Of a stretch of DNA of 40,358 nucleotides, positions 1 through 9,348 are shown in pieces (position 1 is the first letter of the stretch; each line of letters starts with the position of its first letter). The notes under the pieces are model-generated. The model was not told where the DNA came from. It saw only the letters and a list, made by a program, of their open reading frames with translations, and made no database searches. A program made the translations under genes and the position numbers. The DNA comes from Gemmatimonadota bacterium (GTDB taxonomy: Bacteria; Gemmatimonadota; Gemmatimonadetes; Palauibacterales; KS3-K002), in contig JBDHHX010000002.1 in NCBI GenBank assembly GCA_039589155.1, positions 1-40,358 on the forward strand. Reading direction: 5' to 3'.

Positions 1-1
1 C

Positions 2-1279
2 GAGGGCACGATCACCCGATGGATGGCGAACATCGGCGATGAAGTGAAGCGCGACGAGTCGATCCTCGAGATCTCCACCGACAAGGTGGACGCCGATATC
101 CCGTCACCCGTAGCCGGAACGTTGATCGAGATCCTGGTCGACGAGGGCAACACGGTAGAGGTCGGGACCGTCATAGCGCGGATCGAGACCGAGGCTGACG
201 CCGCCGTATCGGCGGTGGAAACGGCGAAAACGTCCGCAGCCGCCGAGCCGGCCGCAGCGACTGCGGCGCCGGCACCGGCCGCCGCGGCCGTAGCCGCCGG
301 GCCGGCACCCACCAAGATCGACGGCGACGGGCCGGGCACCCGGGAAGGGCGGCTGCGGTCGCGCTCGACCCCCGTGGTACGGCGCATCGCCGCCGAACAC
401 GGCGTCGACATCTCACGGCTGACGGGTAGCGGGATCGCCGGCCGCGTCACCAAGAAGGACATCCTCGCGTTCATCGAAGGTGGCGGCGCGCTTCCCAGCG
501 GGATGCCGACCGGCGCGCCGGGCATGCTTTACGTCCCGATCCATGGCGATACGCTGGAGATCAAGATCCCCGACGTGATAGTCAGAGAGAACGACCGCGT
601 CGAAGAGATGAGCGTCATGCGGCAGCGAATCATGGAGCATATGCTCATGAGCCGCCGCATCAGCGCGCACGTCAGCTCTGTCTTCGAGATCGACTTCGAG
701 CGGGTAGGCGCCTTACGCAGAAAGCTCAAGCCGCGCTTCGAGCAAGATGGCGTGAAGCTGACCTACCTCGCGTTCATCGTGAAGGCGGTGCTCGAGAGCC
801 TGAAGGAATTCCCGGTGCTTAACGCCTCGGTCGTCGGCCGCAAGGTCGTCTATCACAGCGACTACAACGTCGGCATGGCCGTTGCGATGGACGCAGGCAG
901 CGGGCTGATCGTTCCCGTGATCAAGGGCGCCGACGAGCTCAGCTTGCTGGGCCTTGCCCGGCGCATCCAGGAACTGGGTGAGCGGGCCCGCACGCGCCAG
1001 CTCGACCCCGACGATGTGCAGGGTGGCACGTTCACGATTACCAACCCCGGCGTCTTCGGCTCGCTGTTCGGTACGCCGATCATCAACCAGCCGCAGGTGG
1101 GTATCCTCGGCATCGGCGCGATAGAGAAGAGGCCGGTCGTCATCGATGACATGATCGCGGTTCGTTTGCGCTCCTACTTCGGTCTCACGTTCGATCACCG
1201 GGTCGTCGACGGCGCTATGGGCGACTTCTTCATGAGCAAGGTCAAAGAAGTACTCGAGGATTTTCCCGAGGAATCGTAA
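2..1279 (+). CDS. 2-oxoacid dehydrogenase complex E2 (dihydrolipoamide acyltransferase), 5'-truncated at window edge
   Basis: The frame is open from nt 2 (EGTITRW precedes the listed Met). It shows the lipoyl-lysine motif EISTDKV, an Ala/Pro-rich linker, a peripheral-subunit-binding domain (PVVRRIAAEHGVDISRLTGSG..GRVTKKDI) and the catalytic motif FDHRVVDG near the C-terminus. Confidence 0.9.
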   Translation, partial: EGTITRWMANIGDEVKRDESILEISTDKVDADIPSPVAGTLIEILVDEGNTVEVGTVIARIETEADAAVSAVETAKTSAAAEPAAATAAPAPAAAAVAAGPAPTKIDGDGPGTREGRLRSRSTPVVRRIAAEHGVDISRLTGSGIAGRVTKKDILAFIEGGGALPSGMPTGAPGMLYVPIHGDTLEIKIPDVIVRENDRVEEMSVMRQRIMEHMLMSRRISAHVSSVFEIDFERVGALRRKLKPRFEQDGVKLTYLAFIVKAVLESLKEFPVLNASVVGRKVVYHSDYNVGMAVAMDAGSGLIVPVIKGADELSLLGLARRIQELGERARTRQLDPDDVQGGTFTITNPGVFGSLFGTPIINQPQVGILGIGAIEKRPVVIDDMIAVRLRSYFGLTFDHRVVDGAMGDFFMSKVKEVLEDFPEES

Positions 1280-1341
1280 CCACTCGGTGGACCGTCGACT
1301 CGACCGCCTACGGTTCACCGTCTACCGTCTACTGATCCCGA

Positions 1342-3318
1342 ATGCCGTACCTACGGCTCGTCGACCTACGCACTGGCTCGGCACTCGACTTCGATGCCGG
1401 TGAAGTACGCATCGGTCGCGATCCGCAGCTCGAGCTCACCATCTCCGGTTCCGGGGCCGAAGTCGTTTCCAGTCATCACGCGCGCTTCGTCTACCGCCAC
1501 CGCCGCTGGTGGATCGAGGACACCGACAGCCGCAACGGTACCTTTATCGGCGAACGCCGCCTGAGCCCGGGCGAGCAGGAGGCGGTCGCCCCCGGCAGTT
1601 GCGTTCGCTTCGGCAAGACAGGACCGCAGGTCAAGGTCGAAGCCGCGTCCAGCAAGCCGATGGACGCTACTCGGCTCGAGCGCGGCGACGATGCACCGCA
1701 ACAGCCGCCGACCCCTGTGCCCGACCCGCCGCCCGCTGAACCTGCGCACGCCGCCGTCATCAAGATCGTCCTTCAGGATGCCCGGGATGGTGAGCGGTAC
1801 GAGGCGGAAGCCGCAAGCATTCGCATAGGACGGGGACACGACTGCGAGGTCAGGCCGCTCTCCCACGACTACGAGTTGGTATCCCGAGTCCACGCCGAGA
1901 TCCTGCTGGAGCATGGCGGCCTCGTCGTTGTCCGCGATGCCGACAGCGTCAACGGCACCTTCCTGAACGGCGAGTTTCTCGAAACGCCCCGCGAGCTCCA
2001 GGAGGGAGACCAGATCGCGCTCGGCGAGGAAGCTCCGGTGCTCTTCGTTCGTAAATTGTCGGTCGGCTTGCCGGGTAAGGGAATCACGACGCTGATCGTT
2101 CGCCGCGTCGCCGAGGAAGTTTCGCGGGCAAGCGCACTGCGTCTCCGCAGGGTCGTTTGGTTCTTCGTCGCCTTGCTGGCCGTGGTCACAAGTGGCGTAT
2201 TCATGCTGAGCGAGAAGCGCGACCGCGAGACGGCGGCGGCGCTGGAATCGCAGCGGCAAGAACTGGAGCAACAAAGGCAGGTGCTGGACGATTACCGCAG
2301 CGCTCTGGCCGCGCAACAGGCGACCACCGACTCGATTCTGTGGGCGGCGACGGCGGAGAACGAGCGGTTGAGGAGCGAGTTGATGGCGGCGGTCGAGAGC
2401 TCGGCGCCTACCGCCGTGGTCGACAGCCTGCGCGACGCAGTGATCGCCGCCGACCGACGCACCCAGGCGGTGGAAGCCTCGCTCGCCCGCTCGCAGGCGG
2501 CGCTGACCCGCCAACTGGCGGCTGGTGACTCGCTACGCCGCGAAGCCTCCGCCGAAGTATCGCGACTGCGGTCAGAGCTGGAACAGGCGCGGGGAACACA
2601 GCTTTCCGCCGCTCTGGCCGACAGCCTGCGACAGGCCATTCAGGAAGCGGAGCAGCAGGCGGCCGACATCGGCGCCCAACTACGTGCGGTCAGCGGCGTC
2701 AACCTGGCGGCGCTGGCTCAGGCGAACCAGGACGCCGTCGGTCTGGTCACCGTCTTCCAGGGTCTCAATCTGTTTGATGGAACCGGCTTCGTCATCACGT
2801 CGTCCGGCTACTTCGTCACCAACCGTCACGTGGCGCAGCCCGACCTCAAGGACGCCGATTCCGTCTTCATCACCATGGCCGACGAGCGCTTCATGATCCC
2901 GGCCGAGGTGATCGCCATCGCCGGCGCCGGCCAACCCGACCTGGCCCTGCTCAAGATCCTAGATTACAGCGGACCTCATATCGAGGACGTTGATTGGGCC
3001 GGCGTTCGCGCCATGCAGGGCGAGCCCGCCGCGCTGATCGGGTTTCCCGCCGGGTTGGGTGCCGCGCTCGACCAGACACGCACCGTCCGCACGTCGATGA
3101 GTGCCGGAATATTTAGCAAGGTGACCGGTGAGCTGGTTCAGTTCGACGGCTTCACCGTCGAGGGGTCCAGCGGCAGCCCGGTCTTTAACGCCAGCGGTGA
3201 AGTCGTTGCCGTTCATCGGGGCAGCCTGCGTGGATCCAGCGGCCTGGGTTTCGGCGTTCCTATCAAGAAGCTGATCGATTTGCTGCCGCCCGAGGCAAGA
3301 GCGGAGCTTGGCATATAA
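1342..3318 (+). CDS. FHA-FHA / single TM / long coiled coil / trypsin-like (S1, DegP/HtrA-type fold) serine protease fusion protein
   Basis: There are two FHA-like cores (IGRD..SSHHARF..DSRNGTF and IGRG..VSRVHAEI..DSVNGTF) separated by a Pro-rich linker. A hydrophobic helix (VVWFFVALLAVVTSGVFML) follows, then an A/Q/E/R/L-rich heptad-like region of about 200 aa. The C-terminal protease carries a His (TNRHV), Asp (PDLALLKI) and Ser (GSSGSPVF) triad. Confidence 0.85.
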   Translation: MPYLRLVDLRTGSALDFDAGEVRIGRDPQLELTISGSGAEVVSSHHARFVYRHRRWWIEDTDSRNGTFIGERRLSPGEQEAVAPGSCVRFGKTGPQVKVEAASSKPMDATRLERGDDAPQQPPTPVPDPPPAEPAHAAVIKIVLQDARDGERYEAEAASIRIGRGHDCEVRPLSHDYELVSRVHAEILLEHGGLVVVRDADSVNGTFLNGEFLETPRELQEGDQIALGEEAPVLFVRKLSVGLPGKGITTLIVRRVAEEVSRASALRLRRVVWFFVALLAVVTSGVFMLSEKRDRETAAALESQRQELEQQRQVLDDYRSALAAQQATTDSILWAATAENERLRSELMAAVESSAPTAVVDSLRDAVIAADRRTQAVEASLARSQAALTRQLAAGDSLRREASAEVSRLRSELEQARGTQLSAALADSLRQAIQEAEQQAADIGAQLRAVSGVNLAALAQANQDAVGLVTVFQGLNLFDGTGFVITSSGYFVTNRHVAQPDLKDADSVFITMADERFMIPAEVIAIAGAGQPDLALLKILDYSGPHIEDVDWAGVRAMQGEPAALIGFPAGLGAALDQTRTVRTSMSAGIFSKVTGELVQFDGFTVEGSSGSPVFNASGEVVAVHRGSLRGSSGLGFGVPIKKLIDLLPPEARAELGI

Positions 3319-3335
3319 CGATCGAGGAGGGGTTA

Positions 3336-5681
3336 ATGGAGTCGACACAGCTGAGAGCTATCCCTTTCGCGGCCGCGCTGGCCATCGCCGTTTGGGTCGC
3401 ACCGGCCTGGCCGCAGGCGCCGGAGACCGCGGCGGACCCGGCCACCTCCGAGCTCACCGTCCCCTACATCATGCAGGGCCCGGAACTCGTAGGTACAGCG
3501 CCGTCACGCATACGCTGGTCGCCGGACGGCCGCTGGCTCTACTTCGTCTGGAAGCGACCGGGCGAGGATCGGCAAAGGGTGTACCGCGTGGAGCGCGGTG
3601 GCGGCGAGCCAGAGCTCGTCGATGACGACGAAGCGCGGCGGATCGAACCTCGTCTCTCAGCCGTGTTCAGCGATGATCGACGCTGGGCCGCCTTCGCCGA
3701 TGGCGGTGACCTCGTTCTCCTCGATGTGAGGGATGGAACCGAGCGAACCCTCGTCTCCGTCCCCGGCCGCCTCTCCTCCATCCGCATCGCACCGGACGGC
3801 AGCGCTGTCTACTTCGTTCGCAGCGACAACCTGTTCCGTGTCGATGCGGTCAGCGGGGCGTTGTCTCAGCTCACCGACATACGGCGCGGTAACGAGCCCA
3901 GGGATCCGAAGGAGGCAGAGGGACAGCGTCAGGTCCTGGAGGACGAACAGGCCGAGCTGCTTCGCGTCTTCCGTGAGGACTCGCTGAGTCGCGCCAATCG
4001 TTGGCCGCCGCCATCCGACCCGGAGGCGGCCGACACGCCGAAGGCGTACTACATCAAGAATGGCGAGCGGTTTAGCGGCTACTGGGTATCGCCGGATGGG
4101 AAGAAGATGGCCTTCCAGCTCTCCAGTGAGGCGGAGGACGCCCGGCTCGCCTGGGTCCCCGACTACGTCACCGAGGATGGCTACACCCAGCAGGCGCCGC
4201 GCAAGCGGACCAACGTGGGCGACGAGCAGGGCAGCTCGAAGCTGGGGATCATGGAGTTGACCACCGGCGCCGTGACCTGGGTCGATCACGGCCAGGAGGA
4301 CCGCGCGCTGCGGATGATGTTCCGCGGCTGGTCCGACGATTCCCGACGCCTGCTTGCCCTTGGGCTCGCCGACGACATGAAGGATCGCTGGCTGTTCGTC
4401 CTCGATCCGGCGACCGGCGAATCGCGCGTTCTCGACCAGCTCCACGACGACGCCTGGATCGGTGGTCCGGGATGGGCCAGCGCCGGATGGATGCCTGACG
4501 GCGACCATGTCTGGTACATATCGGAGGCCACCGGCTTCGCCCACCTCTACACCATGGCCGTCGGTGGCGGCGAGCCTCAGCCGCTCACCACCGGGCCGTG
4601 GGAAGTGCTGAGCGCCTGGCTCTCTCCCGACGAGAAGGAGTGGTACCTGATCACCAGCGAGGCCAGTCCGCACGAGCGCGGATTCTACCGCATGGGTCTG
4701 AACGGCAGCGACCGCGGCCTCGTCACCGGGCACGGTACTCTGCAAGGCGGCAACAATTCTATCTCCGTCTCGCCCGACGGCCGACGCCTCGCCGCCCGCT
4801 TCGGAACGATGAACCATCCGCCGGAGCTCTATCTCCAGGACAACAAGGAAGGCGCGCGGGCGCGGCAGATCACGGAATCGACGACACCCGATTTCCGCGC
4901 CCGCGACTGGATGGTGCCGGAGATCGTTTACTTCCCGGCTCGTGATGGTCTCGACGTGCCCGCGCGGCTCTACCGGCCCGAGATCGCGAACGGCGCCGCC
5001 GTGATCTTCGTACACGGCGCCGGATACCTGCAAAACGTTCATAGCTGGTGGAGCAGCTACTACCGGGAGTACATGTTCCACAACCTGCTGGTCGAGCGCG
5101 GCTTCACCGTGCTCGACATCGACTATCGCGGCTCCGCCGGTTACGGCCGCGACTGGCGGACGGCGATCCACAAGCACATGGGTGGAAAAGACCTCACGGA
5201 CCAGGTCGACGGCGCCGCCTTTCTGATCGATTCGCTGGGCGTCGATGCGGGCCGCATTGGCCTGTACGGCGGCAGCTACGGCGGATTCATCACGCTGATG
5301 GCGATGTTCATGGAGCCCGAGACGTTCGCCGCCGGCGCCGCCCTGCGACCGGTCACCGATTGGGCGTATTACAACCACTGGTACACGTCCCGCATCCTTG
5401 GGCTGCCACAGGACGATGTCGACGCCTACAGGCTGAGCTCGCCCATCTACTACGCCGACGGATTGGAAGGTGCGCTGCTCATCTGCCACGGCATGATCGA
5501 TCAGAACGTTCACTTCCAGGACACGGTGCGTCTTGCTGAGCGATTGATGGAGCTAGGAAAGGAGAATTGGGAGGTCGCGATCTACCCGAAGGAACAACAT
5601 GGCTTCACGCACGACTGGGCGTGGACGGACGAGTACAGACGGATACTGAAGCTATTCGAGGAGAATCTGCTAGAGGACTAG
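3336..5681 (+). CDS. S9 family serine peptidase (prolyl oligopeptidase / dipeptidyl-peptidase-like), secreted
   Basis: A GAGGAGGGG Shine-Dalgarno sequence lies upstream and the protein has an N-terminal signal peptide. The N-terminal half is beta-propeller-like (repeated SPDG/APDG..W motifs). The C-terminal alpha/beta hydrolase has a GGSYGG nucleophile elbow plus HGMIDQNV (Asp) and EQHGF (His). Confidence 0.9.
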   Translation: MESTQLRAIPFAAALAIAVWVAPAWPQAPETAADPATSELTVPYIMQGPELVGTAPSRIRWSPDGRWLYFVWKRPGEDRQRVYRVERGGGEPELVDDDEARRIEPRLSAVFSDDRRWAAFADGGDLVLLDVRDGTERTLVSVPGRLSSIRIAPDGSAVYFVRSDNLFRVDAVSGALSQLTDIRRGNEPRDPKEAEGQRQVLEDEQAELLRVFREDSLSRANRWPPPSDPEAADTPKAYYIKNGERFSGYWVSPDGKKMAFQLSSEAEDARLAWVPDYVTEDGYTQQAPRKRTNVGDEQGSSKLGIMELTTGAVTWVDHGQEDRALRMMFRGWSDDSRRLLALGLADDMKDRWLFVLDPATGESRVLDQLHDDAWIGGPGWASAGWMPDGDHVWYISEATGFAHLYTMAVGGGEPQPLTTGPWEVLSAWLSPDEKEWYLITSEASPHERGFYRMGLNGSDRGLVTGHGTLQGGNNSISVSPDGRRLAARFGTMNHPPELYLQDNKEGARARQITESTTPDFRARDWMVPEIVYFPARDGLDVPARLYRPEIANGAAVIFVHGAGYLQNVHSWWSSYYREYMFHNLLVERGFTVLDIDYRGSAGYGRDWRTAIHKHMGGKDLTDQVDGAAFLIDSLGVDAGRIGLYGGSYGGFITLMAMFMEPETFAAGAALRPVTDWAYYNHWYTSRILGLPQDDVDAYRLSSPIYYADGLEGALLICHGMIDQNVHFQDTVRLAERLMELGKENWEVAIYPKEQHGFTHDWAWTDEYRRILKLFEENLLED

Positions 5682-5783
5682 GACTACGATTGGACTACGA
5701 CTAGGACTGTGACTAGGAGACGACAACGATATCTTCCATTCCTAGTCCTAGTTGTAGTCCTAGTCTTATCGTAGTCGTAGTCC
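5681..5783. repeat. Imperfect palindrome built from GGACTAC/GACTAGG words (intercistronic, S9 peptidase to DinB)
   Basis: 5681-5689 ggactacga pairs with 5775-5783 tcgtagtcc. 5693-5709 ggactacgactaggact pairs with 5744-5760 agtcctagttgtagtcc with one mismatch. The repeated words allow several alternative pairing registers. Confidence 0.85.
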
Positions 5784-5800
5784 TTGAACGAGGTGATTCC

Positions 5801-6319
5801 ATGGCGGACCCGATAACAGAGTTCGAGGCCTACAGAGATGAACTGCTCGCCCTGCTCGGCGATGATGACCCCATCGAGGTTCTCGCCCACACGCCGGGTA
5901 TCATCGACGAAAGGCTCGCTGGGTTTGATGACGAGACGCTCGAGCGCCGACCGCGGGAAGGTGCCTGGTCGGTGAAGGAGATCCTCGGGCACCTCGGCGA
6001 TTCCGAGTGGGTCTACGGCTACCGAATGCGCATGATGCTCAGCCACGATGCGCCGGAGATCGCCGGGTACGACCAGGACATCATGGTCGCCGGGCTGGCA
6101 CACAACGAGCGACCGGCATTCATGCTGCTCGAAGGACTGCGCCGGCTACGCGGACTGAACATCGATCTCTACTTGCGGACGCGCGGCCCGGCCTGGGAGC
6201 GCTACGGGATCCACTCCGAGCGCGGGAGAGAAAGCGTCGATCTGTCGGTCCGACTGCTGGCGGGTCACGATCGCGTGCACATGCGCCAGATCGAACGAAC
6301 GCTGGGTTTGGTCCAGTGA
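5801..6319 (+). CDS. DinB-family (DinB_2-like) metal-dependent four-helix-bundle protein
   Basis: A GAGGTG Shine-Dalgarno sequence lies 5 nt upstream. His-containing motifs are spaced as in the DinB superfamily (EILGHLGDSE ... LLAGHDRVHMRQI). Size is about 170 aa. Confidence 0.7.
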   Translation: MADPITEFEAYRDELLALLGDDDPIEVLAHTPGIIDERLAGFDDETLERRPREGAWSVKEILGHLGDSEWVYGYRMRMMLSHDAPEIAGYDQDIMVAGLAHNERPAFMLLEGLRRLRGLNIDLYLRTRGPAWERYGIHSERGRESVDLSVRLLAGHDRVHMRQIERTLGLVQ

Positions 6320-6405
6320 GTGGTACGGGACACAGAGAGGCGGCGTTCGATGTTGCTGTTTCAATCTGCTGAGATACTGTCGCACGCTGCACCGCGGGAG
6401 AACGT

Positions 6406-7521
6406 ATGAAGAAGCAGGGACTCGATACACCCGCCCTTATCGTCGATTCGGGCACTCTCCGTCGCAACATCGAGTGGATGCAAAAGGTCGCCAACGGGTT
6501 TGGCGCCCGCTTACGCCCGCATACGAAGACACACAAGTCGCCGCACATCGCTCGACGCCAGATGGAAGCGGGCGCCAGCGGCGTCACGGTGGCGAAGGTC
6601 GGAGAAGCGCAGGTGATGGCTGATGCCGGGCTCGAGGACATCCTCATCGCCAACCAGGTGGTCGGTACGGCAAAGGTCCGCAGGCTCATCGATCTCGCGG
6701 CTCGCGTCCGCGTCGCCGTCCTCGTGGACAGCGCAGCTGGCGTCGAGATGCTGGAGAACGCGTTCGCCCAGGCCGGTGGCGAGCTCGACGTTCTCATCGA
6801 GGTAGACACGGGGAAGGGTCGTTGCGGGCTTTCGGACACCGAGCAGATCCTTGCCCTGGCGGATGAAGTGGAGCGAGCAGAGCATCTGCGGCTGCGTGGA
6901 GTCGAGACGCACGAGGGGCATGTGGCGGACGGAGCGACGAACGCGAAGCAGATCGAGGAGCGTGCGGTGGCCGCGGGAGAGCGCGTCGTCGAGGTTGCGG
7001 AAGCGCTGCGCCAGCGTGGGCACGCTGTGGAAGAAGTCAGCGTCGGATCCACGCCGGCGGCGCCGTACACCGCGTCGGTTCCCGGTATCACCGAGATGCG
7101 GCCCGGCACGTACGTCTTCAACGACGTGAACGAGATGGCACTCGGTCAGGCGTCGGCGGAGGAATGCGCGCTCAGTATTCTGGCAACGGTGATCAGCCGG
7201 CCCGTGCCCGCGCGGGCCGTGCTCGATGCCGGGAGCAAGTCGCTCTTCGCCGAGCGAGCCCGCAGCGGATTCGCGCTGGAGGGGTACGAGGGCTTCGGGT
7301 ACATCCGGGGGGCGCCCACTGCCAGGTTGGTCAGTCTGAGCGAGGAGCACGCCGTGGTGGAGCTACCCGCAGGATCGGAGTTCCCGGGCGTCGGCGGCGT
7401 GGTGGAGATCATACCGAACCACGTCTGTCCGGCGGTCAACCTGCACGAGGAGCTGCACATCGTTGATGGCGATGATCTGCTGGAGGTCTGGCCGATCGCC
7501 GCTCGCGGAAAGGTGCGCTAA
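6406..7521 (+). CDS. D-TA family PLP-dependent enzyme (D-threonine aldolase / D-serine dehydratase-like, alanine-racemase N-terminal fold)
   Basis: It carries the PLP-lysine motif RPHTKTHKSP characteristic of the DSD1/D-TA family, an alanine-racemase-like TIM-barrel pattern and the C-terminal IIPNHVC motif. Confidence 0.75.
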   Translation: MKKQGLDTPALIVDSGTLRRNIEWMQKVANGFGARLRPHTKTHKSPHIARRQMEAGASGVTVAKVGEAQVMADAGLEDILIANQVVGTAKVRRLIDLAARVRVAVLVDSAAGVEMLENAFAQAGGELDVLIEVDTGKGRCGLSDTEQILALADEVERAEHLRLRGVETHEGHVADGATNAKQIEERAVAAGERVVEVAEALRQRGHAVEEVSVGSTPAAPYTASVPGITEMRPGTYVFNDVNEMALGQASAEECALSILATVISRPVPARAVLDAGSKSLFAERARSGFALEGYEGFGYIRGAPTARLVSLSEEHAVVELPAGSEFPGVGGVVEIIPNHVCPAVNLHEELHIVDGDDLLEVWPIAARGKVR

Positions 7522-7528
7522 CCCGGCA

Positions 7529-8995
7529 TCAGTTGCGCGGCGCGCCTCCGACGATCCGTTTGAGCATGGTTCCAGCCGGTATCGTCGCTCCCTCCTCCAC
7601 GCCGTTGATGATCGCCAGAGTGGTGAGCGATATCGGTGAAGGGTAGCGTTCCGCGAATCGCTCGATCGTCATGGCGCGATTGATTCTCAACGTCTCGACC
7701 CGCATGGCCTCCACGCCAAGCACGGCCGGGTCGGTCACGCGGTCGAAGCTGCCCAGCGAACGCTGGAACACCTGGTCGTACTGCTGCAGTTTCTCCAGCG
7801 TCGTGTACCCGAGAAGCTGGAAGACCAGGCCCTTATATCTCACCCAGACGCCTAGACCGGCGAGCTGCGCGTCCTGCGTCTGTGCCACGAAGTAAGTTGA
7901 CCGTGCCGGAAGACCGTTCAACCGCGAGTTCGATACAGAGCCGCGCGGCCTGATTATCGAATCCGCCAGGAAGGCCTCGACCGCCTCGCGCGGCGTCTCC
8001 GCATCGGACAGCGTGAGCTGGACGATGGCATCGTTCTCCGGGCTGACGCCGGCCACGACCTGCTTCGTGTTCTGGGTTTGCCACTGCTTGGGGAACTCGA
8101 GCTGGAACGCCAGGTCGGGGTGCAAGAAGAGCTGACCCTCGAAGTAGCCTTCGCGCGGGTTCTGACCGAAGACCAGGCCATCGATTCGCTCTAGGTAGCG
8201 ACCGCGACCGACTTCGCCGGTGATCTCTACCCCGGTGCTCTCCAGCGAGTCGAGCGCCGCGTGCATGCGGGCGACCCGCTCGCCCGGGTCGGGGTGAGTC
8301 GACAGCCAGCCGGGCAGCGAGCTGCCGCCAGCCGCCTCGCTCACCCGGTCCAGCATGGTGAAAACGTCCACCGCCTCGCGCGGATTGTACTCGGCGCGGC
8401 CCATGTAGCGAAAACCGAGGTCGTCGGACTGACGCTCGTCGTCGCGCCCGAACTTGAGGAACATCAGACCCAGCCCTTGGCCTAGCACGCCGCGGTACCT
8501 GGCGATGTCGGAGGAGAGCACCGCGCCGACCTCGAGGCCCATGCCGGCCAAAGAGGCCCGGCTCATCTGCTCCGCCGAATGCCGCGCCGTCACGTGCCCG
8601 ATCTCGTGACCCAGCACCGCCGCCATCTCCGCTTCGGAGGTGAAGTAGGTCAGGATTCCACGCGTCATGAAGATCTGGCCGCCCGGCAGCGCGAAAGCGT
8701 TGACGATCGGATCGTCGACGACCTTGAAATGCCATGGCAGGTCGGGCTTCTCCGACTGCGCTGCCAGCTTCTGGCCGACCTCGTCCACGTAGGCCTGGAG
8801 ATCGGCGTCGTCATAGAGGCCGTAGATCTGCTCGACCTGCTGTGCCCCCTGCAGGCCCATCTGGATCTCCTGCTGCTCGCTGATCATGATCAGCTGGCGC
8901 TCGCCGGTGGCGGGGTTCACGGGGCAGCCGACCAGGGTCAGGGAATAGGCCAGTATGGCAGGCACGAATAGCCGGTGCTTCGATTGGGTATTCAT
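7529..8995 (-). CDS. M48 family zinc metalloprotease, lipoprotein (BepA/Ste24-like) with LysM-like C-terminus
   Basis: It has the HEIGH zinc motif (LGHEIGHVTARH). I chose the internal ATG at 8995 (MNTQSKHRLFVPAILAYSLTLVGC), which gives a signal peptide with a lipobox. The ORF is open to 9058, but that extension runs into GGGGAATTC repeat DNA. Confidence 0.85.
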   Translation of the reverse strand: MNTQSKHRLFVPAILAYSLTLVGCPVNPATGERQLIMISEQQEIQMGLQGAQQVEQIYGLYDDADLQAYVDEVGQKLAAQSEKPDLPWHFKVVDDPIVNAFALPGGQIFMTRGILTYFTSEAEMAAVLGHEIGHVTARHSAEQMSRASLAGMGLEVGAVLSSDIARYRGVLGQGLGLMFLKFGRDDERQSDDLGFRYMGRAEYNPREAVDVFTMLDRVSEAAGGSSLPGWLSTHPDPGERVARMHAALDSLESTGVEITGEVGRGRYLERIDGLVFGQNPREGYFEGQLFLHPDLAFQLEFPKQWQTQNTKQVVAGVSPENDAIVQLTLSDAETPREAVEAFLADSIIRPRGSVSNSRLNGLPARSTYFVAQTQDAQLAGLGVWVRYKGLVFQLLGYTTLEKLQQYDQVFQRSLGSFDRVTDPAVLGVEAMRVETLRINRAMTIERFAERYPSPISLTTLAIINGVEEGATIPAGTMLKRIVGGAPRN

Positions 8996-9072
8996 AAGTA
9001 GACGGGGCTTGGGGAATTCGGGTCTCGGACCTCTAATTGTGAGGGTAGTAAGGGGCAACTATCAAGTGGCTT

Positions 9073-9190
9073 GGGAATTCTCGAATAGGATTCAGCGAAT
9101 CGGGGATTCGGGGAATTCGGGAAGGCCGAGCGCCGTCACTTTCGTGATTCCCCAACTCCCCGACTCCCCGAGTCAGCTTCGAGAATTCCC
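9073..9190. repeat. Imperfect palindrome built from TCGGGGA(T/A)T words (divergent intergenic region, M48 / TM2)
   Basis: The outer arms are perfect 13-mers: gggaattctcgaa (9073-9085) and ttcgagaattccc (9178-9190). The inner arms tcggggattcggggaat (9100-9116) and attccccaactccccga (9147-9163) match at 15/17. A further ggggaattcggg copy lies at about 9011-9022. Confidence 0.85.
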
Positions 9191-9348
9191 GGCCCACCTT
9201 GAGCAGGCCGGCTGAGGGGTATAGCTTGAATGGCCCCTCCCATCCTCTGAAACCTCGGACGGCTGGATCCTCGTCATTGATGGTAGGAGCGGGCCGCGCG
9301 CGCGCCCCCGGGACCGGGCGGCCGCGCTAAACCACACGGCGGGCGGGC

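Noticed and set aside
3657-5513. Very long antisense or out-of-frame ORFs: 3657-5513(-) at 618 aa, 24566-26584(-) at 672 aa, 19971-21293(-), 27421-29004(-), 6120-7121(-), 17328-18290(-), 17677-18531(-), and many ORFs of 60-300 aa.
   Set aside because: Their translations are Arg/Ala/Gly/Pro-rich and low in complexity, with no recognisable motifs. Most lie opposite genes that have clear family signatures. The two at 17.3-18.5 kb instead run through the untranslated repeat region downstream of the AAA+/HXXEE genes. This is the usual stop-codon-poor artefact of GC-rich DNA.
9001-9058. A 21-codon N-terminal extension of the M48 protease ORF.
   Set aside because: It translates repeat DNA (ggggaattcggg). 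The internal Met at 8995 yields a canonical lipoprotein signal peptide.
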